From: Candidatus Binatia bacterium
GTDB taxonomy: Bacteria > Desulfobacterota > Binatia > HRBIN30
Direction of reading: 5' to 3'
Length of the DNA stretch: 64,000 nucleotides
Assembly: GCA_038245295.1 (NCBI GenBank)
Contig: JBBRSP010000004.1
Location: 32,001 to 96,000 of the forward strand
Below the pieces are notes generated by a model. The model saw nothing but the letters and a program-made list of their open reading frames with translations. It did no database searches and was not told the origin of the DNA. Of this stretch, positions 37,323 through 50,296 are shown piece by piece. A program made the translations under genes and the position numbers. The first letter of the stretch is position 1. Every line of letters begins with the position of its first letter.

Positions 37323-40279
37323 GGCAACCCACCAGCGGCCGCCGGCACGATGAACTGTCCGAAGGCTACGGGCGAACTCTGCACGGTAATCGCAGCCACA
37401 ACCGTGTTGGTCGCGGCGCTAACCACCGAGACGGTACCGGCGTTCGTATTGGCAACATAGACCAGGGTACCCTCGGGATTCACGGAAACACCGAAAGGAC
37501 CCGCGCCAACGATGACCGACGAGACAGCATGGCTCTGCGTGTTGATGATCGACAGCGAGTTACCGTTGGCGTTGGCAACGTAGACGCGTGATCCGTCGGG
37601 ACTCACGGCAATGCCAAAAGGCCGCGCCCCGACAGTATAGGTCCGCAAGACGGTAGCCGTCGGAACGTCGATCTCGCTCACCGTGTTCAGCCCCAGATTG
37701 CTGACGTACAACCGCGATCCGTTACGACTGACCGCGACGCCAAACGGGCGACTACCGGCCGTCAGATTGATCGTCGCGGTTACCTCGGGTGTGTCGGCGT
37801 TGATGATGCTCACCGTATCGCTCAACTGGTTGGCGACGAAGACTTCCGAATCGATTGGTGAGGCCGCAATGCCGGTCGGCGTCGATCCCACCAGAATGTT
37901 GGTCAGTGTGTGGCTCGCTACGTCGACCATCGTGACCGACGCGTTGAGCTGATTCGTAACAAAGACCCTGCTGCCGGCCGGATTGGCAGCGATGCCGAGC
38001 GGCCGGTTCGTCAGCGCAATCGTATCGACTACGACATTGGCCGTCGCGTCGATGACCGAGATATCGCGCGTAAACTGGTTGGCAACGAAGACTCGCATGC
38101 CATCATCGGTAACCGCCACGCCACCGGGCGCCGACCCGACGCTGATGGTTCCGACAACCGTGTTCGTCGTCGTGTTGATCACGGAGACAGAATTGCTTCC
38201 GGAGTTGCTGATGTAAGCCTTCGGGATCACGGTCGCCGTGGCGGTAGCCGTCGCCGTCGAGGTGACGGTCGGCGTCGGCGTCGCCGTCGACGTTGCCGTC
38301 TCGGTTGGCGTCGGCGTTTGGGTAGCCGTTTCGGTCGGCGTCGGTGTTGGAGTTTCGGTCGCCGTCTCCGTGGGGGTGTTGGTCGGCGTCGGGGTCGGAG
38401 TTTCCGTCGCTGTATCCGTCGGTGTCGCCGTCTCGGTCGGTGTCGAAGTCGGCGTATCCGTCGGTGTCGCCGTGTCCGTCGGCGTCGGCGTCAGGGTGGG
38501 CGTATCCGTCGGCGTCGGCGTCGCCGTGTCGGTTGGCGTCTCGGTTGGCGTCTCGGTTGCGGTCGCCGTCGGTGTATCGGTTGGTGCCGGCGTCGATGTG
38601 GACGTGGCCGTCGGCGTCGCCGTTTCCGTCGCCGTCGCTGTCGCCGTGTCGATCGGGGTCGGCGTTGGCGTAGGCGTTTCAGTCGGCGTATTGGTCACCG
38701 TCGGTGTCTCGGTGGGCGTATCCGTCGACGTTGGCGTCGGCGTAGTCGTCGGCGTATCCGTCTCGGTTGGTGTCGCCGTCACGGTTGGCGTGTCGGTTGG
38801 GGTGTCGGTCGCCGTCGGCGTGGCCGTAATCGTCGGCGTGTCTGTCTCGGTCGGCGTCGCGGTGATCGTCGGGGTGTGGGTTGGCGTTGCGGTGTCGGTC
38901 GGCGTCGCCGTCTGCGTTGGCGTACCCGTGTCGGTCGGCGTCTCACTCGGTGTCGCCGTCGCTGTATCGGTCGGCGTCTGGGTTGGCGTGTTTGTCGCCG
39001 TGTCGGTCGGCGTCGCTGTCTCGGTCGGTGTGCCAGTCGCCGTCGGCGTTGACGTCGGTGTATCGGTTGGGGTGTCGGTAACCGTCGACGTCGACGTTGG
39101 CGTCGCTGTCTCGGTGGGCGTATCCGTCGCCGTCGCCGTTGCCGTGGCGGTCGCGGTCGGCGTCGGGGTGCTGGTCGGAGTGTCGCTCGGTGTCGCCGTA
39201 ACCGTATCCGTCGCTGTCGCTGTGGGCGTCGACGTTGTTGTCGGTGTAGAACTCGGCGTGTCGGTAGCCGTATTCGTCGGCGTCGAGGTCGGCGTGACGC
39301 TTGGCGTATGGGTGAACGTCGCCGTGTTGGTCGACGTCGCTGTCGGCGTCTGGGTAATCGTCGGCGTTACCGTCGGTGTCGACGTACGGGTCGACGTTGC
39401 AGTGTCGGTCGGCGTCGCCGTGCGCGTCGGCGTGTTGGTGCGCGTCGGGGTTTCCGTAGGCGTCGGCGTCGCCGCCGTTTCGTTCGTCGCAAAGGAGTAT
39501 TGAAAGCCGAACGAACGCACCGGGGTGCTGGAGTCAGCAGCCTGGATTACGACCGGAATCGTCGTCAAAGCCGGAAAGGGCTCGAGTGGCTGGTACGAGA
39601 AACGGAAACCAGCCAGGTTCCCAGAACGATCTTCGGTGCACGCAACACTCGCCGTATTTGCGTCGGCACACTCCATCAGGACCACGCTCGGATCCATCTC
39701 GGCGCCGTTAACGACCACCACGTTGTTGACCATCACCCGCAAGGATTCGAGTGAGATCGTGCCGACACCGGTCGCCACGAGGAAGTTGATTGTTCCGGAT
39801 CGGAAGAAGTTCAGCGTGCCTGGCGCGGGGTCGAACGCCGTTGCAAACGGTTGTGCCTCGACAACGATCTGTACATTGCTGACCTGTCCGGGAGTCACTG
39901 TCACCGGATCAACCAAGCCACGGTACGCCGGCCGAAGAGCAAACTGGTCGATGGCCTGCCGGTTGGCAAACGCCACGTCATAACCGGCTACTTCCACGGT
40001 GGTGGTACCCTGGGGCACGGCGTCGAACGGGACCTCGCGTGTCACCGAGGGGTCCACATATCGAATGGTTGATCCGACGCGCACCTTTACAGTGCGCACG
40101 CTGGGCGGGACTTCTGACGTCCCCTGGGAGCTCGAGCTCTCCCACAAGGCACGGATGGCTACACCCCCACTTCGGGGGGAAGACGCACCACCGCCGCCGC
40201 AACCAGCGATCAGAATAGAAGCGAAAAGAAGACTCGTAATCCCGCGATGAACCGTCCAGGTAAGCTTCGGCAGCCGCAA
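37319..40279 (-). CDS. Lipoprotein with acidic Thr/Pro stalk and C-terminal YVTN beta-propeller
   Basis: GAGGAGG RBS before TTG 40279; lipobox IAGC then GGGG; seven YV(A/S/T)N...VSVI repeats at the C-terminus. Confidence 0.87.
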   Translation of the reverse strand: MRLPKLTWTVHRGITSLLFASILIAGCGGGGASSPRSGGVAIRALWESSSSQGTSEVPPSVRTVKVRVGSTIRYVDPSVTREVPFDAVPQGTTTVEVAGYDVAFANRQAIDQFALRPAYRGLVDPVTVTPGQVSNVQIVVEAQPFATAFDPAPGTLNFFRSGTINFLVATGVGTISLESLRVMVNNVVVVNGAEMDPSVVLMECADANTASVACTEDRSGNLAGFRFSYQPLEPFPALTTIPVVIQAADSSTPVRSFGFQYSFATNETAATPTPTETPTRTNTPTRTATPTDTATSTRTSTPTVTPTITQTPTATSTNTATFTHTPSVTPTSTPTNTATDTPSSTPTTTSTPTATATDTVTATPSDTPTSTPTPTATATATATATDTPTETATPTSTSTVTDTPTDTPTSTPTATGTPTETATPTDTATNTPTQTPTDTATATPSETPTDTGTPTQTATPTDTATPTHTPTITATPTETDTPTITATPTATDTPTDTPTVTATPTETDTPTTTPTPTSTDTPTETPTVTNTPTETPTPTPTPIDTATATATETATPTATSTSTPAPTDTPTATATETPTETPTDTATPTPTDTPTLTPTPTDTATPTDTPTSTPTETATPTDTATETPTPTPTNTPTETATETPTPTPTETATQTPTPTETATSTATPTPTVTSTATATATATVIPKAYISNSGSNSVSVINTTTNTVVGTISVGSAPGGVAVTDDGMRVFVANQFTRDISVIDATANVVVDTIALTNRPLGIAANPAGSRVFVTNQLNASVTMVDVASHTLTNILVGSTPTGIAASPIDSEVFVANQLSDTVSIINADTPEVTATINLTAGSRPFGVAVSRNGSRLYVSNLGLNTVSEIDVPTATVLRTYTVGARPFGIAVSPDGSRVYVANANGNSLSIINTQSHAVSSVIVGAGPFGVSVNPEGTLVYVANTNAGTVSVVSAATNTVVAAITVQSSPVAFGQFIVPAAAGGLP

Positions 40280-40366
40280 CACAACCTCCTCACGGCCTAA
40301 CTCGCAACACGTGGGCAATACACCACCGGTCTTTCGCAGGTCAAGCAAACTTCTAGGCTGGCACCT

Positions 40367-43051
40367 CTATTGTCGCGTCGCGGCCGGATCAGCCACGATC
40401 TTAAAACTGCCTCGATCGGTGGCATTGGCACCCGAAATTTTGACGATCAGGCCGAGGTTGGGGGGAATCGCAAGCAGAGATGGCCCGTCATCGGCAAAGG
40501 AAAAGTCGGTGCTCACTGGCCCAAACCGATCGATCACAGTTGAGTTCAGCGGAAAGCCGGCCGACAGGGTTCCGCTGAGGCCATCATTGAAGAGCACCAA
40601 CGGCGCCGTGCCGCGCAAGAAGAAGCGCTCGGCAACATGATCGTCGGCCCCACGGCACGAACCGTCGGACAGGACACCTGTCGCGGTCTCGCCAAGCCCA
40701 AGCATCGACATCGGGCAATTACTGGCCGGGAACGAATACGGTCCGCGGGTACCTGTCTGCGCCCCGGCGACAATCACTCCGTAACGACCACTCGACGTCA
40801 GCGGCACATCCAGGGCATCAGGCGTGCAACTTTGTTGGTCCGGCAATTGTGGCCCTTCAGCGGTTAGTCCGAGTGTGCAAGTGTTCGCCGGTGGCAGGAG
40901 ATTTAGAAGTTGGGCCCCGCTGCCCGGTCCGGCAATTCCGTAGATATCCGCACGCCGACCATTTCCCAGATCGCAGTCGGCATCCTGAAGGTTTCCTGAC
41001 ACGGTGCCCGGGACCAGCGTCGTCACGGGACAACTGCGTGCTGCTAGAGTGTAGGCCGGTGCCTTCGTCAGATCGATCGACCCTGCATCGACCAACGACG
41101 ATGCCTCGACGAAGTAGCTACCTGTTGTCGGCAGAATACGACTGACACGCGCCGCGGTCGTCGGCGCCGCGAATGGGTCCTGGTCATTTTCGACGGCCCG
41201 ACCGTCCGGACCAATGAGCCGTAAGTACGGATCGAGCATGTTGTCGCTTGTCGTCATCGTCACAGTCACGAACTGCCCGGCCGTACCGGTCAACTCATAA
41301 CTATGGAAGGGAATCCCACCGAAACCCTGGCATTCGCCGACGGCGAAGATGTGTGGGTTTGACGATCCATTGGGCTGCAATGCGCCGGTCACGGGACACT
41401 TCTGCACGAACAGGGTGTAGGCGAAGGCATCACCCGGATCGGGTTCGGTCGGATCCGTGCTGGGCTTCAGCAGTGCGGAGTTGACTGTGGCAACGATGGT
41501 GTACTTCCCCGCCCGCACCAACGTTGCCGCGAGTTGCGCATCCGGGCCGGCGCCATTTGGACCACCGTCATCATCCTCCACGACAATCGGATTACCCGCC
41601 GACTCAGGACCGAGGAGAAACAGATGCGCATCATCGGCAGGCACGCTGAGCTCGACACTGATGACGTCGCCGGCCTGCGCCGTAAACGTGTACAGATCGG
41701 CGGTTCCATCCGGCTCCGGCAAGTCGTCCGGCGCGCCCGGTTGCGGCAGCGGCGCGCCGCATGGACTCTTGGCGCGATCGCCGTAGAGCGTCCCCGGGCA
41801 GCCCGGCCCGTTGCCGCAAACCACCGGTCGATCGGTGGGAATGTTGGTGAGGTTGCGCTTGGGAAAACAGAGAGGCGTATTGGCAATGAGGCGGTACGGA
41901 CCCATGCCGCCCTGCGCCACAATCGTATAGATGCCGGGGCGTAGGGCGAGAAAACGGCCGCCGGCGTCGGACTCGTACCGTCCACCGACCGCATCATCGA
42001 GCGCGTCGGGACTGAGAATCTCAAAGCCATCCGGCCCGATGATCGAGAAGCTCGGGTCGGGTCCATCCTCGAGCAGTTGTTGCATCTCGATGTAGATGTT
42101 CTGCGGCACGTCGGTGATCGTGAAGGTGTAGAGATCGACCGGATTGGGCGCGTTCACCTGCACCGGATTCGCCGTATCCGGGCAATCCGTGGCATCCAAC
42201 TGCCCCTGGACGGCGACGACTCCGGCAACCGGGTTGATTACCCGTGGTGTCGGGCACGGGCGCGCCGTCAGCGTCAACTGGTAGGTTCCGAACGGCTGCG
42301 TCGAAAGTGGTTTGGTAGTGACGTAGATCGTGTAGGGTTTGGTCGATGCAACGACGAACTCCGCCGGCGGCGCCAGGTCGACACGATCAAACTGTCCGTT
42401 CTGTTCGACCAGTGTAATGAACGGGTCGACCATCGGCGGCGCTCCGGTGGGCGTGACGTCGAGGCGCACGGCTTGGCCGGGTGTGCCGACGAACTGGTAA
42501 ACGTCGGTGTAGCGCGGTGCGTTCTGGAAGAGGCGCTGACAATCGCTCGCTGCGAGCTCGGCATTCGTCGTCCCGATCGACACGTTGCGCACAGCACACA
42601 CGATGGTCGGGGTTGCCGTCGGACTCGGCGGTATGGTCGCGGTGATCGTCGGCGACCGCGTGATCGTGCGCGTCGCCGTAGCCGTCGATGTTGCGGGCGG
42701 CGGCGTTGCGATCGCCGAGGCCGTCCGAGATGGGGTCGCAGTTGGGGTTGGGGTGAGCGTGGCGCTGCGACTGGCGGTCACCGTCGGCGTGCGACAGTTT
42801 GCGCCGAGCAAGGTAACGATACGACTCACGTCGGCGACGCTGACGACCGCATCGGCGTTGGCATCGGCGTTCGGGTTGGTGACATGCCCGGGGGCGCTGA
42901 CAAAAAGCTCGGCGGTCGCGAGCTGCAGGTCGAGCCGTGTGATGAAACGATCGCCGGTCAGGTCACCGGGGCATGTCTGCGCCGACACCGCGGTCGCGGC
43001 GCATAGGACAAGCGACAGCAGAACGTACAATCGAAAGTTCAATCCAATCAT
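40367..43051 (-). CDS. Secreted protein with dockerin-like N-terminus, short Thr/Pro linker and multiple PPC-like beta-sandwich repeats
   Basis: Signal peptide; CPGDLTGD...ADANADAVVSVADV; repeats of D.Y.F....GQ.V......DP.L.L..P.G....DD....G.Y.I. Confidence 0.8.
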   Translation of the reverse strand: MIGLNFRLYVLLSLVLCAATAVSAQTCPGDLTGDRFITRLDLQLATAELFVSAPGHVTNPNADANADAVVSVADVSRIVTLLGANCRTPTVTASRSATLTPTPTATPSRTASAIATPPPATSTATATRTITRSPTITATIPPSPTATPTIVCAVRNVSIGTTNAELAASDCQRLFQNAPRYTDVYQFVGTPGQAVRLDVTPTGAPPMVDPFITLVEQNGQFDRVDLAPPAEFVVASTKPYTIYVTTKPLSTQPFGTYQLTLTARPCPTPRVINPVAGVVAVQGQLDATDCPDTANPVQVNAPNPVDLYTFTITDVPQNIYIEMQQLLEDGPDPSFSIIGPDGFEILSPDALDDAVGGRYESDAGGRFLALRPGIYTIVAQGGMGPYRLIANTPLCFPKRNLTNIPTDRPVVCGNGPGCPGTLYGDRAKSPCGAPLPQPGAPDDLPEPDGTADLYTFTAQAGDVISVELSVPADDAHLFLLGPESAGNPIVVEDDDGGPNGAGPDAQLAATLVRAGKYTIVATVNSALLKPSTDPTEPDPGDAFAYTLFVQKCPVTGALQPNGSSNPHIFAVGECQGFGGIPFHSYELTGTAGQFVTVTMTTSDNMLDPYLRLIGPDGRAVENDQDPFAAPTTAARVSRILPTTGSYFVEASSLVDAGSIDLTKAPAYTLAARSCPVTTLVPGTVSGNLQDADCDLGNGRRADIYGIAGPGSGAQLLNLLPPANTCTLGLTAEGPQLPDQQSCTPDALDVPLTSSGRYGVIVAGAQTGTRGPYSFPASNCPMSMLGLGETATGVLSDGSCRGADDHVAERFFLRGTAPLVLFNDGLSGTLSAGFPLNSTVIDRFGPVSTDFSFADDGPSLLAIPPNLGLIVKISGANATDRGSFKIVADPAATRQ

Positions 43052-43195
43052 CTCCACACAACAGCCGCCTTGTGTACGTATTGGTGTGGCGGAAGGCAAC
43101 CGCGAAAGCATCCGGGTTGTTCGTCATAACCGTGGCTTTTTCCGAGCATTGTGTTGCCCGGGACGTTGCCGCGGCAAGCGCCGTCGATATACTGA

Positions 43196-45214
<2,019 letters not shown>

Positions 45215-45313
45215 CGTGCAGCCCGCAAGCAAGGGTCGGCGCAAGCCTTAGCTCGCGGTAGCGGACGCCCAGGGAGATTGCGACGAAATCTCCGTCGCAG
45301 TAGACACGCGGAT

Positions 45314-46276
45314 ATGACAGCCACTGCGCAAACCGTTCTCGGACCCGTGCCCGTCGACCAACTCGGCAAGACCCTGATGCACGAGCATCTGATGATCGGT
45401 TGGCCGGGGTGGGAAAGCGACGCCGCCGCCCCACCCTACAATCGTAAGGAGACGGCCAAACTGTGCATCGATCGCATGCTCGAGTTGAAGAGCCTTGGGC
45501 TGACGACGTTCCTCGACCCGTGTCCGATCGACCTCGGTCGTGACGTCGAGCTGATGGCCGAGGTTTCGCAGGCCACCGGGGTGCACATCATCTGCGCCAC
45601 CGGCCTCTACAAGCAGGACCAGGGTTCCGCGCCTTACTTTCAGTTTCGTGCGCAATTCACCGATATCGTCGGCGAGATGAGTGAAGCGTTCGAGAAGGAG
45701 ATCCGCGAAGGCGTCGGCTCGACCGGTATCCGTCCGGGCGTCTTGAAGGTCGCCACCCAGGCGCACCGCATCACGCCCTACGAAGATAGCGTTTTGAAGG
45801 CGGCGTCGCGTGCCTCACGCGCGACCGGCGTGCCGATCACGACACATACCGACGAAGGTACGATGGGCCGGGAGCAACTCGACACCTTCGCCGCCGAAGG
45901 AGTCGACCTGAGGCGCGTCGTCATCGGTCACTCGTGCGGCAGCGCTGACCTGGCCTACCACACGGCCATGCTCGACCGTGGCGCCATCCTCGGCTTCGAT
46001 CGCTTCGGCCTCGAGATCCTACAACCAGATCGCCTGCGCCTTGCCGCCCTGATTGGCCTGCTCGGTATCGGCTTTGAGAAACAGATCGTCCTGTCGCACG
46101 ATTCCGTGTGGTGCTGGCGCGGTCGCCCCATGCCCCGGCCCGACGCCATCATCCCGAACTGGAAGCCGTCGCACGTCTTCACCAACATCGTGCCCGCCTT
46201 GCGCGATGCCGGGGTTGCCGAAAGCAAGATCGAGGCGATGTTGGTCGGTAACCCGCGACGCTACTTCGGCGCCTGA
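45314..46276 (+). CDS. Phosphotriesterase-like amidohydrolase/lactonase
   Basis: TLMHEH, GRDV, LKVA (carbamylated Lys), TH, IGH, LSHD, NPRR. Confidence 0.92.
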   Translation: MTATAQTVLGPVPVDQLGKTLMHEHLMIGWPGWESDAAAPPYNRKETAKLCIDRMLELKSLGLTTFLDPCPIDLGRDVELMAEVSQATGVHIICATGLYKQDQGSAPYFQFRAQFTDIVGEMSEAFEKEIREGVGSTGIRPGVLKVATQAHRITPYEDSVLKAASRASRATGVPITTHTDEGTMGREQLDTFAAEGVDLRRVVIGHSCGSADLAYHTAMLDRGAILGFDRFGLEILQPDRLRLAALIGLLGIGFEKQIVLSHDSVWCWRGRPMPRPDAIIPNWKPSHVFTNIVPALRDAGVAESKIEAMLVGNPRRYFGA

Positions 46277-46568
46277 CCCCGGACCGAAACGCCAACGTCT
46301 GTCCACTTCGCCAGGCGTCTGGTCTGGAATACCAGACTTCGCCTTACGATTTGTCCGCTACACCGGACATCAACAGCAATCCTGGGCGGTGAGCATTACC
46401 GGCTTGCTCAGCGACACGGCTGGCACACTTCGTGGTTTACTTAATGACAACGCCGATGAGCCGCCTCGGCCGTTACTGGGGGGGGCGGGTGTGGTTGGGT
46501 GGTCTGGGAAACCATCACGGGACTTCGGTTTCGACTCAACCACACCCGCGCACGCACTTCTCAATGCT

Positions 46569-47414
46569 TCAAGAGATCGCCCGTAGCACGCGCTGATAGG
46601 CGTCCCGCCGATTGATGCCAAACTGATCGGCGATGGCCCGGGCGATATCCGCGGTGCTGTCGCCGGCCTGGCGCAGGCGGCCGATCGACGCGTCAATCTC
46701 GGATTCATCAAGCTCAACCTTCAGGTCGGCTGCACCTTCGATCAGCAAGGTAACCTCGCCCGGCAGCTCCTGGGTCAACTCGCGCTGCGCGATCGTGGCA
46801 CCGACTACACTGGCTGGACCGCGCAAGAATTCTTCGTAGTGCTTGGTCATCTCGCGCGCCACGACGACGGTCCGATCGCCCATTGCCGCCTGGACATCGG
46901 CAAGCGTCGCGCTCAGCCGACGCGCCGCTTCGTAAACGACGATGGTTCGCGGCTCGCGCTTGAGATCCGCCAGGAAGCTCAGGCGTGCCGCCGCCTTGGC
47001 CGGCACAAACCCTTCAAAGACAAAACGATCGGTCGCCAGGCCGGATACACTAAGCGCCGCTACCACGGCCGACGCACCCGGCACAGGCTCAACCCGCACC
47101 CCCGCGGCGATGGCTGCGCGCACCAGATGATAACCCGGATCGGAAATCGCCGGTGTGCCGGCATCCGAGATCAACGCCACCGACTTTCCAGCCAGCAGTT
47201 CGGCGACCAGACGCGGCGCTTTGTCGCGCTCGGCGTGGTCGTGGTAACTGGTCATCGCGGTCGGGATGCCGAAGTGCTGCAGCAGCTTGCGGCTGTGGCG
47301 CGTGTCCTCAGCGGCGATGAGATCGACTTCCTTCAGCACACGCACGGCGCGCAGGGTCATATCCTCGAGATTCCCGAGCGGCGTCGCAACGACGTAGAGG
47401 ATGCCGGAGCTCAT
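46569..47414 (-). CDS. rsmI: 16S rRNA (cytidine1402-2'-O)-methyltransferase
   Basis: LYVVATPLGNLED, AAEDTRHS, SDAGTPAISDPG, AREMTKHYEE. Confidence 0.96.
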   Translation of the reverse strand: MSSGILYVVATPLGNLEDMTLRAVRVLKEVDLIAAEDTRHSRKLLQHFGIPTAMTSYHDHAERDKAPRLVAELLAGKSVALISDAGTPAISDPGYHLVRAAIAAGVRVEPVPGASAVVAALSVSGLATDRFVFEGFVPAKAAARLSFLADLKREPRTIVVYEAARRLSATLADVQAAMGDRTVVVAREMTKHYEEFLRGPASVVGATIAQRELTQELPGEVTLLIEGAADLKVELDESEIDASIGRLRQAGDSTADIARAIADQFGINRRDAYQRVLRAIS

Positions 47415-47429
47415 GAGGATCGACGCAGA

Positions 47430-47572
47430 TTCATTTGGCCATTTGGCAATTTTGCAATTTTGCCATTGTTGGATTTGGTCATTGGGCGATTGGGCATTTG
47501 CTCACGGATATCGGGCGAAGTTGCGGCGCCGCCCCCAGGCCAAATGGTCAAATGGCAAACTGGCCAAATGAA
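47430..47572. repeat. Octamer-periodic inverted-repeat element
   Basis: Perfect terminal IR TTCATTTGGCCA...TGGCCAAATGAA; arms made of ATTTGGCC-like 8-mers. Confidence 0.8.
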
Positions 47573-47573
47573 C

Positions 47574-48419
47574 CTACTTTCCCCAGTCGCGCGCGTAGCG
47601 GAAGTCACGATCGATGGTGCGTTTGGAAATCTTGGCGATGACCGGCAGCCGGCGTTTGAACTGCGAGTTGCGCACCAGGTCGGTGACCCGTTGCACAAAC
47701 GGCTCGGCAAACCCGTGCGCCAGCAACTCGGCGCGCGAATAGCGCCGGTCGACCATGAGATAGAGAAGCTGGTCGACGTCGCGATACTCGAATCCCAGCT
47801 CCTGCTCGTCGGTTTGACCGGCCCACAGATCGGCCGAGGGTTGTTTGTGGACGATTTCGCTCGGCACGCCGATCTCCGTGGCCAGCGCCCACACCTGCGT
47901 CTTGTAGAGGTCGCCGATCGGATTCAGCGCCGACGCCATGTCGCCATGCAACGTGCCGTAACCAAGCAGCAGCTCCGTCTTGTTGCTGGTTCCCAACACC
48001 AGGCCGCTCCAACGCGCTGAATGGTCGTAGAGGATGGTCATGCGTTCGCGTGCCATCTTGTTACCGCGCCGCATGTTGTTCGCGTCGCTGAAAAGCGCGA
48101 AGTAGGCATCGATCTGGTTGGTGATCTCGACGGTCATCGAGTTGATGCCACTGCGTTCGATCACCAGATCGGCGTGCGAAAGGCTCTCGGCGCTCGAGGC
48201 GCGATACGGCATCTTGATAGCCAGAACGTTCTTCGGGCCTAGCGCCTCGGCTGCGAGCATGGCAGAGACCGCCGAGTCGACGCCCCCGGACAACCCGACG
48301 ATGACACGTTCGACACCAACCTTGCGAACTTCGTTGGCGATGAACAGCGACAGGATCTTGCGCACCAGAGGCGGATTGGTTGGCAAGAGCGGCCGAGTTG
48401 GTTGAATCGGCTGGTTCAC
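47574..48419 (-). CDS. nadE: NAD+ synthetase, synthetase subunit
   Basis: [51 protein letters not shown]. Confidence 0.95.
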   Translation of the reverse strand: MNQPIQPTRPLLPTNPPLVRKILSLFIANEVRKVGVERVIVGLSGGVDSAVSAMLAAEALGPKNVLAIKMPYRASSAESLSHADLVIERSGINSMTVEITNQIDAYFALFSDANNMRRGNKMARERMTILYDHSARWSGLVLGTSNKTELLLGYGTLHGDMASALNPIGDLYKTQVWALATEIGVPSEIVHKQPSADLWAGQTDEQELGFEYRDVDQLLYLMVDRRYSRAELLAHGFAEPFVQRVTDLVRNSQFKRRLPVIAKISKRTIDRDFRYARDWGK

Positions 48420-49426
48420 CGTTTCCTCTTCCGCACGACCGCAGCCTTGCGTGGCTTCTTGCGATGCGCCGCTGGCTTGCCGCCGTGATTTCGCGCTGTC
48501 GTCGACACGACCGCCGCCGAGCGGCGAGGTTTCACAGTGGGCGCCGACGCAGCCTCGACGGCCTCCGGCTGGCGGCCGCGAATCCGCATCAGCTCGTTGA
48601 TGGTCAGATCGATGTTCTCGTCACGCAGCAACGGTGAGGCGACACGAGCCCGGCGCGCGTCTTTCAAATTGATCGTGGCGACGATGAGGTCTTCTTCGTA
48701 ATACTTAGCCTTCGCCAGGCGCTCGCCGCTAGGACCGACGATCTCTGAGCCGCCCCAGAAGCCGATGCCATCTTCGAACCCGACGCGATTGGCGTAGATG
48801 ACGAACAGCGCGAAGGTCTGCGCGTAGGTCTGGTTGAGCAATTCCCAATAGCGCGCGTTGTCGTCCTGCTCGTGCTCGTTGTCGATGCCGCGCAGCGGAC
48901 TGTTTGAAGGGCAAACGACGAACGACGCCCCGTCGAGAGCCGCCACCAGGAGGGTCGACGGATGCCACACGTCTTCGCACACCAGCATCGCCCCGCGGCC
49001 AAAACGCGAGTCGAAGGCGCGCAATCGATCGCCGCGTGCCAGGTAGCGCCCCTCGTCGAACAGACCATAGGTCGGCAGATACACCTTGCGGTGCACCTGT
49101 TTGAGCTTACCGTCTTCGAAGTAGGCGGCACTGTTGTAGAAGCGAAAGTCCTCCGCCTCTTCGACAAACCCGGCCACCAATGCACAGCCGCGACTGAGTG
49201 CCGCCAACCGCTGGATCTCCGGCGCATCTAGACGCAGCGCCACGGTCGACACCATGTCCTTGAGAAAGTAGCCCGTCAGCGACAGCTCGGGAAATACGAT
49301 CAGATCCGCCCCCGCCGCACGCGCCGCACCGACGCGATCCTCGTACATCAGGAGGTTGGCATCGACATCACCGAGACGCGGGCTGCACTGCACCGCCGCC
49401 ACATTGAAGGAAGACAGAGACATCAT
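48416..49426 (-). CDS. Nitrilase-superfamily protein, probable stand-alone glutaminase subunit of NAD synthetase
   Basis: Catalytic triad FPE(L), RK([13 protein letters not shown]), VCEDVW; its stop overlaps the nadE start (GTGA). Confidence 0.85.
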   Translation of the reverse strand: MMSLSSFNVAAVQCSPRLGDVDANLLMYEDRVGAARAAGADLIVFPELSLTGYFLKDMVSTVALRLDAPEIQRLAALSRGCALVAGFVEEAEDFRFYNSAAYFEDGKLKQVHRKVYLPTYGLFDEGRYLARGDRLRAFDSRFGRGAMLVCEDVWHPSTLLVAALDGASFVVCPSNSPLRGIDNEHEQDDNARYWELLNQTYAQTFALFVIYANRVGFEDGIGFWGGSEIVGPSGERLAKAKYYEEDLIVATINLKDARRARVASPLLRDENIDLTINELMRIRGRQPEAVEAASAPTVKPRRSAAVVSTTARNHGGKPAAHRKKPRKAAVVRKRKR

Positions 49427-49552
49427 CGCAACTAAACACAGGGACCCGGCTCAAAACAACCGCCCCTTACTCCACGACAGAAGGCATGGAGCAGTTCGAG
49501 CCCTGGGCCAAAGCCGTTCAATCAATGATGCAGGATGTTTTGATCGTAGCGC

Positions 49553-50272
49553 TCAGGTTTTCGATGCGAGGCGAGCCCGCACTTGCTGCTTCGTCGCCTC
49601 CGAAGCCCAGCGCGGCACGATGTGTTCTTTGACGAAGCGACGCTGCGCGTCGGATAGGTCGAGCTTCCCACCCCGCAACGCCAGCTTGGTATTCACGTAG
49701 GCTTCGCGCGGCGCCGCGGCGAGGCGTTCGATGGCCTGTCGGGCGACGCCTGGCGCATCGGCGACAACTTCATCGAGCATTCCAAGCTGCAGCGCCGTGT
49801 GTGGATCGTGCAGGCCTGCTTCGAGCAAGGCGCGATCGCGCGAGCGCGGCGCGATGCGATCGACGGCTAGGGCAAGCAGCTTGGGCGGGAACTCGAGACC
49901 AATTGCGACTTCATTGAGGCCGATGCGCACACGCGGATCATCCGCCGCGATACGCAAGTCGCAACAGAGGACCAGCATACAACCACCGGCGATGGCGTGA
50001 CCGTTCACACAGGCAACGGTCGGCCCCGGATAGAGATAAAGCGCATCGATGAGGTCATCGAGATGGCCGAGGAAACGCGCCATGCCCGGCTCGTCGAGAC
50101 TGGCAACCTCTTTGAGGTTGAGCCCCGCCGAGAACGCGCCGTTGGCGCCGCTCAACAGGAGCGGCGTTCCCGCGGCACCGTGAATCTCCTGCGTCAGCCG
50201 CTGCATGAAGTCGGAGCTCAGGGCATTACGCCCCGGCGCCGACAGGACGAGCTCGTAGATCTCCGATGACAT
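49553..50272 (-). CDS. Enoyl-CoA hydratase/isomerase (crotonase family)
   Basis: FSAGLNL, NGHAIAGG, IGLNEVAIG. Confidence 0.9.
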   Translation of the reverse strand: MSSEIYELVLSAPGRNALSSDFMQRLTQEIHGAAGTPLLLSGANGAFSAGLNLKEVASLDEPGMARFLGHLDDLIDALYLYPGPTVACVNGHAIAGGCMLVLCCDLRIAADDPRVRIGLNEVAIGLEFPPKLLALAVDRIAPRSRDRALLEAGLHDPHTALQLGMLDEVVADAPGVARQAIERLAAAPREAYVNTKLALRGGKLDLSDAQRRFVKEHIVPRWASEATKQQVRARLASKT

Positions 50273-50296
50273 ACGCCGCGTCTACCACACTCCGAC

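Noticed and set aside
37319..40279. Ice-binding or ice-nucleation function for the TxT repeats
   Set aside because: The high Pro content is incompatible with the regular beta-helix of TxT ice-binding proteins; an extended linker is the simpler reading.
46277..46568. RNase P RNA downstream of rsmI
   Set aside because: The conserved GAGGAAAGTCC motif is not present on either strand.
47411..47710. Small ORFs across the nadE-rsmI gap
   Set aside because: Translations of the octamer repeat element; no RBS or protein-like features.
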